The notes beneath the pieces are model-generated. The model had not been told where the DNA came from. It saw nothing but the letters and a program-made list of their open reading frames with translations, and searched no databases. This document shows positions 1 through 11,900 of a stretch of 64,000 nucleotides of DNA, one piece after another. Position 1 is the stretch's first letter. Each line of letters opens with the position of its first letter. The DNA lies in NCBI GenBank assembly GCA_964035545.1, contig OZ037767.1, positions 1,623,680 to 1,687,679 of the forward strand. Direction: 5' to 3'. The position numbers and the translations under genes are program-made. The stretch comes from Bugula neritina (taxonomy: Eukaryota > Animalia > Bryozoa).

Positions 1-266
1 TACATAGGAAATAATAGCTCTCTCACACAAATGAGTATAGTTGGTGTTGAATTCACAATACAGATCTGGCATATAGCATATAGTCTCATATCTCTATATA
101 ATATAAAAAAATACCTAAAATGTGAAGAACAAAAACAGAACAGAACTTTCAACTGCTGGGTTTCGTGGCTGAAACATTAGTTGTTCTTGTTCTACCATAC
201 TTTATACGACATATGCTCAAATTTCTTTTGCAATTTTATTTCCAATTAAAAACATTTGACCTTCAC

Positions 267-3200
267 CTTTAATCCAGACGTAGGAGGAAGCAGCTACTGC
301 AAACACGAGTAAGAAGAGAATGAAGAGGAAGGCCTCCAGGTTGTTAGCCGTGACTCTCTTCACACTGAAGAGGATGGTACGTAGCAGAGTGCCCTGCGAG
401 GAGTTGAACCCTGTCTTGAGAACATAGCCTATGCAGCCGTTATCTGGAGCTGTGGACACTGCGTAGAGATACAGCAGAAAAAAGTGCTAAACCTTATTAA
501 ATGTTGTACGTTGTAAATATATACGAGTTGAGATTTTAATCTAAAAATTCAATTCATTTGAAAATAAACTTTCACTAAAAATTAATTTATTATATAATAT
601 TCTAACATTTCAGCAAAGTTACAAGTTATTATTCGAGTAAAAGAGATTATAACTTAGGACTATTAAAACATCTCTACAGAATAAACAAAGCAAAAATTTA
701 TCATTAAAGAAAACATACTCTATGATTAAACATGTTGTAGCAATGACTCCTTTACAGAACAATACATGTTAGGAGGTCATGACCTATTATTAGCAGCAAC
801 AGGTGAAGCCCTCGAGAAAATATAACATTGACTTTAGCAAATCTCATGCGTTGATAAAAATCCTTAGCCAAGAATAACTTCCAACAATGAAGGACAGAGT
901 AGCTGAGGATATTAAGGGCTAACCTTTGGTGATTGATGTGGCCTTTGGAGGGGGGCTGTGCTGAACTATCCTGGTGCCCCCAAACAACACTCTCAGCTTG
1001 CTGTCAGACGCTAAGTCTAAGTTATCGTTGGCTGCAACGTATTCAGTTAACAGGAAGCATTAGTAACTCAAACTGAATTTATGTTTTCATATCTGTTATA
1101 AATTCAACTAAGATACTTTAGTGAATTCAATAGTATATATTTACATGTCGCATAAGACAATAAAACACAAACTTGACTGCAATTTTAAACACCAAGCAGC
1201 GTGGAGAGCACAAATCCTATTTTAAATAAATCTTAAAAACCCTCCTGCCTTTTTTTATTGTTTTGAAGTTGAAAAAATTCCTTTCCATATATTATATAGT
1301 AGCAGTATTTATATAAACTCTTACCACAAGCACATAGCTTTTGCTCTAAGCAACGTGTGTTTATATTAAAATATAGCTGAATCATGTTCTAACCAGTTAA
1401 TAGAAACTTCTGAGTTATTTGGGAGTTGCCCACTCAGCATAACGCTTACTCTGTATATAACACAGCTGTTACAGCTGCACATCTACATATTAACATATAA
1501 ACAGCAGAAACAAACTTCTACCTTCCAAATCTTCAACAGACTCCTTCATCACTGGAACGGATTCCCCGGTGAGCATAGACTCGTCTGCTATACACGAACC
1601 TCTCACCAGCAGCACGTCACACGGCACCGGTCTGTCATCCTTACTCCGACCTGCAGGGTAAAGTTCAGCTAGATGTCAGCGCCCGCTCACAATGACTCAT
1701 TCGACAGCAGAAGTAACAACAACTTAGAAGAAAGGAGAACTAACCTATGGAGACCAGGTCACCCGGCAGAAGGTCAATTGTGTTTATAGACATCCACTTC
1801 CTGTTCCTGTATGCCTGCAGCAGATGTGAAACTCTCCGGAATTATTATTACATGTATATTATTAATAACTATAAGTATGATAATTCCTTTATAATATATT
1901 ACTTGGATTATACAGTATATTGGTTAGACGTTCTATATCTGTGACAAAGCAATGATGACTAATAAGAGACCAACACTGCAGTTACTTGTTGTAGTATACT
2001 CACTAGGATATTGTAGGGTTTGTTTCCCATCTCTCTAATCATAGCCATGTTCCTGATCTGTTGGTGCACCAAAGTGGCTTCGAAGGTGGCAAGCATAAAC
2101 AGAGTGAATATGCTATAGTACCTGTAACATCACATAATATATATACGCTATAGTACCTGTAACGTCACATAATACATATATGCTATAGTACCTGTACCAT
2201 TACATAATATATATATGCTATAGTACCTGTACCATTACATAATACATATATGCTATAGTACCTGTACCATTACATAATACATATATGCTATAGTACCTGT
2301 AACATCTTGTAATAAACTACCTATATTGTCTTGTGATAATTTTCCGAATCATAGTCAAAGGAACGATGAATCCTTTTACATATCAGTATTTCATTATTAT
2401 TTTGTCGATTAAATGACATACTTAAAACCTTCAGCTATCCATTTTATTGCAGTTGAATTTAGGATTTCAAAAAGGATCAATGAGTAATATTTTACTAACA
2501 GAAAGTGATTTTCGCATCAATATGATTTCAGTAAAGCTATAAAATGGTGCTCTTAGTGAGATTAACTGGAACTCAGTATTTAACAATATTCCACATGCAG
2601 CTGACTAATTCCACATGACACTGGATATTTAATGAGTGGAGGTGACAACTGACAAACCTAAGATCATAACATTTCTTTACCCCTGTGGTAGGGTGGGTAG
2701 TAGAGTGAACACTTACCAATACTCATCCAAACACCAAAGACCCACACAGAAAACTTGAAATACGAAGAACGGGGCCGTAGCTCTTTCGATAAACAACTCT
2801 AAAAATGGTGGGATGTCCATTTGCAATCTACAAAGTAGAAGAGAACTTGCAATAATACTACATCAGGGCATCTCTAGTCAAGAAGGTGCTATAAACACTA
2901 TTACAAAGTTCTTTAATTGTAGATGACAAAAATACAGGAAAAGAACTCAAGAGTTAATTATGTGCCGAGTGTGACGACAATTCTAGTTTTGAGCAGCATT
3001 CTACCAGACAATTGCTACACGAATAAAGTGCATATTCTGCACTCTTATGGAATACTCTGGAAGAATATTATGCTAATCACTCAGAAAAGTCGTGGGAGTT
3101 TTGGCCCCAACAGTGATGGTGATATAGAGTTACAGTTACAGCTATACGCAAGTACCCTAATTTAGTAATGCACTCGGTTATACTGCAACGCCCACCATAA

Positions 3201-6200
3201 CATTCATTAGCTAATAACATATAAATAACATATCAAGTATATGATAAAGTCAATAATAGTATACATCTAGCACTTCCTAAACACAGCCTGGACGTGCCTG
3301 TAAGCAAGTTCTGCACGAGCATCAACAACTGATAGATGACTGAGAAGCACAACTACTGCATGAAATAGCCATAAATAACATATTTCCCTTTTATTTTGAT
3401 ACTTATAGACCCTTTTCCAATGCACTTGATTCCCAGCTTATATTTAAGAGTTGTGCCTCCTCCGCAAGTATATACAATAATCAAGCTTTCATTAACTAGA
3501 GTGGTGGCAGCCATCACAACAAATGATTAATGGGAGTTATGTCACAGCTACCACTGCAGCACTTCTCAATAAATAAATGATCATAAAAATGCTTTTAAAC
3601 TATTATTTTTTATAAATAGATACTATTAAATAACTTTTCAAAATCCTAATGTATGTGTATATTTATTTCTTAAAAGAACAGGTATATAGCATAGTTTAGG
3701 TTTATGTAACAGTCAAACTTAAATTTTTTAAAGAGAGTGTTCTATATAACAAGGTACCTGCTAAGGGGGCATAACTCTTAATTTTAAAACTAGTGACAGG
3801 GAAATTGGAAAAGTGCCTATTGTTGTCATCTTCAAAGTGACAGCATAGAGCAGGTATTCTTACGCATTGTCATTGTAAACCATCTTGGCCTTCACAACTT
3901 CCATATCTTCCAGCCCTTTACTACTGTTGTATACAGAGAAGGGCTCGGCAACAGGGAACTCCACCGCAGCAAACTGCTTCTTCTCTGACAGATCACACAT
4001 ATACTTGATCTTTTGGAAGATGAACCAAGCCTTCTCGCTCTACAAACATCCATAAATATTACCAGCTTCTCAACTTTCACATGTATATTAGTGCAACCAC
4101 CACTAGAAGTACAAGAAGGGAGCAGCCGTAGTCTAAGAGTTAGAACACTGGCTTAATCCTAGAAGTACAAGACTATGAAAACAGCCACTGAATTTCTATT
4201 TTGCTACAATTAGAAGAAAAAAATATACTGACAGATTAAAGTCAAGATACAGGAGAATAGGATACAGTATCAATCATGCTAACTGACCTTTTTTTAATGA
4301 ATTTCAATTTTATAACAAATTAAATTTTGAAACTATTAAAATATTTCAACTAATGTAACCATAAAATCTTGCTGGCATAACATTATGCAATAAAACATGA
4401 TTCAAAGCAATAAAGTGCAAAGTAAATAATTCAACTATATAAGTACTAGTATTCAACTTCATTTCTACAAAAGCTGCTAAATACAAAATAAACCAGAGGC
4501 AGAAAAGATTGAACTGTGAAGGTTTTTACGATACACAATTAACTGAACCATATTAACTGGCTCTTGCAATATTCCCTTACATTTAATCTATGTTAATATA
4601 ATAAAGATATAACATCTTCAATACCCCTTGATAAATGGTGACAATCTCAGCACTGCCATTATTGGCAGTAGGAATAACTTTAGCAAAGGTTGCATCCGTG
4701 ACTTCTTTGACCTAAAGAAATAAACAAGTGTCAATTTAAACTCACTATAATTAGGTCACATGTAAATATATAGGTGAGCTGTTACAGTGTCTCAACTGTC
4801 AAGCAGATCTAGCAATAACCTAGAACTACCTTATAGGCACACAACAAACAAAACTCCACTCTGAAACTTAACCTCCAGTAGTTTTTAAATACCAATTAAA
4901 CCACATTATTTTATTCACTTTTTGGACATTTAAATTCAGAAGTTTTAATAACTATCGATCTTTGTTTTACACTTAAGTCACTCTAGCCCTTCTGGCTTCT
5001 GCTTACATACCACACTTCATTGATAATAATATTCTAATACCACTTATAAATGTAAAAACCACGAGCCATTTTCTAATAAGTAACATAAACGGTAACTCAC
5101 AAAGGGTAAGTCTAACTGCGGAACAAATGCCTCCTAGCCCTTACGTAATGCATAATCAACCTACGTATCGTTATGCTTATTGATTACTCATAATTGTAAA
5201 TAATAATGACAATTACTATTACTATTAGTAGCATTAGCTATTACTATGTCTGTACTATTAATTCTATACTAATAACTACAACAAATACAAATAATACTAT
5301 GTATATCATAATCATAATGATAATCATAATTACAAATATAATAAAGTATAAATTATGAAGCATTATCCCATGATTGGTGATCACAATGATGAATCGAATG
5401 ATCATCATCACGACATCGTGATGATCATGGGCGATGACCATGATAAGCTGATCATTGTCATTATGATTATGTTTTTTTCATTTTACAGTGATATTTATAA
5501 TTATAAACTATAGGTATTAGTAATAGTTTACTAATATACATAGTTATACTAATAGCAATACTGAATACTAATATACATAGTTATACTAATAGTAATACTA
5601 ATACTAGTACTAGTAATAGCAATACTAAGTCTAATAGTAGTACTTAGTCTTATACTTGTACTAAAACTAAGAGCACGAGTATCAGTAATACTAATAGTAT
5701 TAGTCTAATAGTAATACGTTAACTCAGAGTTACTATTAGTCTCACACTTAATCCGGATTGATAGTTAACAACTATAACTAAAACTATAAGTATAAGTTAT
5801 AGACTTATATTATATAAAATTAAATATATATAGTTAATACATGATTGTTGAAGGTAAAACACTTAAACAGCTGTTATTTAAGCGAGTTTTTTTTAACAAC
5901 AAATCTCATACACTTAACATCAACATGCATTATTTTCTTTTAAAAAGAAACGCATAATGATAATGACTTACTTTTCGCGTTGTCAGTTTTGCTCTAATGT
6001 GAACAGACCAGTAACAACTAAGACAAACTAGAATGTGAATTATTCCAATAGCAGCTAAAGCTATCAGCCCAAGTTCCCAATACTCATCTATACCATACAC
6101 AGCAGTCCACAAATACAGCCATGTTGCATAAATCAATACGAATGGAAACACATAAAAATGCCAGAGAATTGGAACATTTTTATGTAAAGAAATGGATTGA

Positions 6201-6229
6201 ATATTATGATCAATGGGGGCTGCCATCAT
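267..6229 (-). CDS. ATP13A1: P5A-type ATPase ATP13A1 (ER transmembrane helix dislocase), 5' part; gene continues beyond the left edge
   Basis: Exons 5972-6229, 4625-4711, 3864-4039, 2717-2827, 2004-2121, 1745-1814, 1522-1650, 924-1031 and 267-449, all GT-AG and phase-consistent. Translation includes [51 protein letters not shown] (A-domain TGES), LFGGT and [27 protein letters not shown], all P5A-ATPase signatures. Confidence 0.95.
2109..2304 (-). repeat. 35-bp minisatellite x6 spanning the ATP13A1 exon 5 acceptor
   Basis: gctatagtacctgt recurs at 2112, 2147, 2182, 2217, 2252 and 2287; the first copy overlaps the exon. Confidence 0.95.
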
Positions 6230-8972
6230 AAAATTGACATCCACAATACGGTTTCTAGCTATGATGTGTTACTTTGTTGTTCTGCACTTCACGTATGTTT
6301 ATAAAAATATAATGTTGCAACAATAAATGATATTTTTAAAATATTAAAACTCTAAATAACTTATTTTGAAAAGTTATAACAAAATTATAAATAAATATTG
6401 TGGAGTGTGCTTAACAACAAAGCATTGACTCGCTAAATTTCATAGTTTCTATGATAATGTTTAACCAATAAAAATAAGTAACATTTGATCTCAGTTGCTG
6501 TGATAGTTTTCTTATATTTGTACGTCATTACGGTTACCTTTATCGTTGTAATTGTTCCCATTACCATTACACTGTGTGCATTTTATGTATATCTGTATGA
6601 GTAAGATTTGGCCGTTAATATATTCCTATTTATCCTAAATTGCATGTTAAAAATAATGTAAATTTCCTCATCAGATAATTATAATTATAATAATAATTAT
6701 AATATTTATATTAATATTATAATTATCATTATATTTATTATGAATTAAAATATAAAATTAAAACTAAATATTTAATTTTTACTTTTATTTTATATTTATA
6801 ATTAAACAATTGGTTATTTCGAATTACTCTTGAATTACAATTAGTATTAGTGATCTAGATAAAGTTTTTTACGTTCTTAACTTAAACGTATACTTATACT
6901 TATAGTTATAGTTATACTTACAGTAGTTATAGTTGCACTGTTATTTTTACTATCACTATCAGTATCATCAGTATCTAACAGTAACACTAACAGTAACTAG
7001 CTTGAACTATAAGTATACTGTATATTAATAACAATATGAGTATGTATAAATATAGTTAAACTTAATGATTATATTTATAATATCTACTCTACGACTACTC
7101 TATTACTATCAGTGTGTGTAAAAACACCATTATTTTTGTTATCCTTGTTTATAATTATTATGATGACAATACTAATTAGTATTAGTGCTAACTGTTAATG
7201 TGTTATGGTTTTAAAGTTGGTGTTTAGCTCCAAATTTAAGTTAAATAAACTCGACACAAAAATGCCTATATTTATTGTGAATTGAATTTGATATGATATC
7301 TAAATTGAGATTGTTCTCTTAGTCTGCACTCTGATAGTGTGTTTAAAATGACTCCTTTTTTCTTTTGTAAACCTAATTTCTTAACAGGGGGGGGGGGGCA
7401 GGAGTATTTTACTTATATATCTTTTTTCATAGTTAAAGAATAACTATATATCTAGTTGTATTCTAATAACTCTGTAGTGCAGAATTTTAAGTCAAATACT
7501 CAGTCAATATGTGTAGTGAATTCAATCAGCTCTTTATTAATGCTTGTCACAAATCTTTATGGTAGTTGCTATCAACTAGTAAATTCAACTCTTCAACTAT
7601 TGTGTAGCAATACTGGTGTTAAATTGGTGTTTAAAGTTTTATAAAGTACAACTCATTTTGATACCAACCTTATAACTGATACACTCAATGAAACAATCTC
7701 TCCTTACCCGTCCTTCTCTTCCTCAACTTCTTGGACAACATAAAAAAGTTTTATCAACTAACAACTAATATTTTTTAGCTGCTCAGCTTTTTTTAGTGTT
7801 GAAAATTAAACATTCAGCTTTATATTGAAGTAAAATTTTTCAGCATTACGGATGCTTGTATTGAGAACTGTTTTCGGCCTTATAGTTACTAGAATGTCTA
7901 CTTGGATAACTGCACATTATGTTTTCTGTGCTTGTGATTTTGCTTTAGTTTTGTAATAGTCAAAGTACTGCGTAGAGGTGAAACACAATTTACTGAGGTA
8001 TTTTATTCTGCCTAGGCAATATTCTAAAGACATTTTGATTAGTTAGTCTAGTATACTAGCTGAGAAAGGCTTGTGTGCAGTATATATTGTTATACATTGT
8101 TTTAGCTGAACAAAGAGGTAAGACAGAATGTCCGGTAAATAGGATAGAGCTATCATCATGCCTACAAAGCCAAAAGATAAAAAGGTTTCTATTAAATTCA
8201 TATATTGCAGCAGTTTTATTACAAACTAGTTCTTCTTCCACTTGAGTTATGCAGTACAGTTATTACGAAATTGCTATGTACAATAGAATTCCTTCTGATT
8301 GAAACACATTTGTTTATAGAATTGTTTCAAGTTACTAGAATTTTGTAATACCTTGCATAGGGTGATGGAAAATGTCCACAAATCACACTTAAGTACCATT
8401 TATCTGCATTCGCTGATAGACAAACTAGCGGGCTAGTAGCTTCACTTGGCACATGTCCAAGTTTACTTCAATATTTGCAGTAATAATTGCGATCAATAAA
8501 ATAGAACCGCATGCCATTGTGTACACTGACTGTCACGTGGTGATTAACCCTGCGTCTATTAGTCAATACTAAGACGCAACTACTGCACTTCATGGTGTAC
8601 TGTCAGAGGTTGGTGGGTGGTCACCTTGGTTATTGCATAACTTAATGTTTTAAGATTAAATTAATATTTTTCTAATGGCCACACCACCTGTGAAATTTAT
8701 GGATTAACCGGTTTGACCACGACTGTGCATGTAATCCACCATATGGTTAAAGAAATATAAGAAGATCTTAGTTTATTGCCTTCTGGGCATTAGAATTATC
8801 ATCTAGTCATTCTAGTGTATTATATTATGTCCCTTTCACAAATGGTGGAATATTCAAAGTGCAATCAAAACCAGCCATCATGTTGAGCTGTGTTCACCAT
8901 CTACCCTCCATTATTCTTCAACTTGCTGTTGCCTTAGCAACCATCCAAACAATATACCAAATCCTGTTGTAG

Positions 8973-11900
8973 AATACCAAGCCTGCTGCCAGCAAAGCTT
9001 CAAAAGAGACACCGTCTACTGCTGCCGGGGAACCTGCTGCCGACAATGAGGTAATTTGTGTGTGTCAAGGTCAACTGTGAGTGTGAAGGTCACCCTCCTT
9101 ATTATATAATATAGGCTGAGTGAATGCTGGTATGTTAATGTATAGGACATGCTTTATGGTCAAATTAATGTAACATATATATATTATTATATAATACATC
9201 CTTTTTGGATGTAAATGGCGCAAGTCATGACTCATCCTTTCAAGCTGAGCTGCTAAAAGTGTTTCATTTCACCCTCACTCCTACAAGTGTGATACAGTAG
9301 TGACATTTAATACTGTTAGTGTAACTCGTAATGCGAGTGAAGTGGACATATTTCACACACGATTATGATTATCTTTCTCGGCTTTCTTGTAATGAAATAT
9401 TATGTAGATAACTGTATTTAGAGTGTTTGTTTGCAGTGTTTGCTCAATATTAGTCGGTGTAGCTCAGAAGGCCTGGAATTTGTTGCACTGTTTAAATAGT
9501 CTCCAGTGATTAGTGTGGTGATAACTGAGTGTACCTAGTTAGTAGCCAAGTGATACTTGGTTTACCTAGTTAGTAGCCAAGTAGTACTTGGTTTACCTAG
9601 TTAGTAGCCAAGTAATACTTTAGATTGAATATTATTTATCTCAGACGTGCTACCCATAGTTAATATACAAGATCCTTTACACCGTCACACTGTGCTCTCT
9701 TAGCACTCTGTACTCTCTCTATACTCACTCAACAGTTCAAGCTCAATTATAATTTACTAGCCTATATTGCAATCACAGTTGGTTGATTCACTACTTCTAA
9801 CAGTTCAAAAATGTAATAGCAATACTTGGCTAAATGACAAACCAAATCAAGGAAAGGCAATGGTTTAGCAGCCCCTGCAGGCTCGAAGCTTCTTTTCTGT
9901 GTATCACAAAACTTAAAACATTTAGTTTCTCCGTTAATCAATTTTAATAATATAACAAAATAGCTGTGTTAGTTAGACATTAATTTTTAATATAGATTAT
10001 TGTATAATATTACATTATGAGACGAATACTAATTTAATATCAATTGTATTATTCACGCTTGACGTGTGATTATACATTACTGTTTGGTCGTGCTGTGAGA
10101 TTGGGGGAGATTTCAGGGGACAACAGAATTGACTGCATGTTCACAGTGAGGCTGTAAATGCTGACTCGGAGTGGGTCTTTGGAGAAGATGAAAAATCAAT
10201 CCCAATACTAATTCCTCTCTCATCATTTGCAATTCATTTACATTTGAAGGAAAAGTGGCCTGGAGCTGTAGAATATTTCATTAACTCTCCATTTTAACGA
10301 TTAGCAACACACTCTGTATATAATGTATATACTATACACACTGTATATACTGTATATACTGCATATACTATACACACTGTATGTACTATACATACTGTAT
10401 ATACTCTATATACTGTATGTGCTATATATACTGTATACTCTACACACTGTATGTACTCTACACACTCTATATACTATATACACTCTATATACTATACACA
10501 CTCTATATACGTAGCACGCTAAGTATGCATAATGATTTCAGCTAAGAATGCAGCTGGAACTGAGTGGAAATTAAAGGAAATTGTGGTGCTATAAGACACC
10601 ACACAGGAATAACTTTATTGCACAATGTCAAATTGTAAACACTGTGTTAATGTTCATTTAATGGAGTAAGCCCTCCCATTGTGTCATCCATAAAACACCA
10701 TAAAATATAATATATTATATATTGATAAATGTTATGACCATCATAAATGACCTTTCAATGTCAAATTTTATCATGTTTAAAAATTCTTTTACTTTTAACT
10801 TTTTCTGTTTTTGTTGGCCAGTTCATCAAATTTTGGCACATCGTCACTTCACTGTCTCTAATATGTCACATCACTGTCTCCAATATGTCACATCACAGGC
10901 CCTTCATGTCACTCTAAGTGCAGGATGGTTGTGACTCATTAGTAACTGGGCAACTGGCCACCAAACTGTTGGCATACTGCTTTATTATGTAGCAGTTCAA
11001 GTCCAGTACAAGACAAATCCTATTGAATATAATAACAGCTCTTTGGTGTGCTAGCTGCTAGTCAAACCAGTAGTTAATTTATTAAATACTGTATTTCAGT
11101 ATTTAATATGACAATTGTATAACTATATTATGTAACACCTCATTGCTTCAATAGATGAAACTGTTCCTTCCTTACAGGGCAGCTGATAGAGTAGTAGTAG
11201 TTACTAAAACTATATTTACCCTTTGCAGGCATATAAATACCTTTCTGTTTACAAAACAAAGGTTTGTGACATTTTTAAACCAAGTATCAAATGGCAAGTG
11301 GATATGAATGAAACATACCCCTGTGGAGTTATATCTACATGAATACAATAATACACCAGGGTAACAAAACACTACATAGTAATACTTGGCACAGCTAAGG
11401 GTATATTTTCACTAGCAACAAGGGTATGTCTGACAACAATTCTGCCTGTAGTCATCGTGTTAAGGCCAGGTCATTCATCTTGAGCTACATCGTTCACTGG
11501 TTGTACTATTTTTTATGCAAACAAAACAGAGTTATGGCATTGCATGGGCTATTTAGCCCATGGTAGCTGCAGTTAGCCGTGCAATCTATTGTGTTTCCTT
11601 AATTTGCATCTCGTCATGTGTAAATAAGTAATTTATGTAAATCAATTAGAAGTTAACTGTGTGGAGATCAATTATCCCCGCAATGTAATGAAATAATAGT
11701 GAAGGTGTGTCTAAGAGAACTTACTGAAACTTACCAAGTTTACTCATGATCTGCATGTTGTATGAACATCTTCTAGCTATGTTCTATATCTATAGAATAT
11801 ATGTGTATCATAGATAATTATTATAAAGATGGTCTATATATTTCACTATCACATTATCTGTATTCTCTATAGACAGTCTACATATTTAGTTACTTGTGGT

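Noticed and set aside
6480-8960. First coding exon of PPP2R5
   Set aside because: Several ATG and donor candidates exist, but none could be supported by homology or frame.
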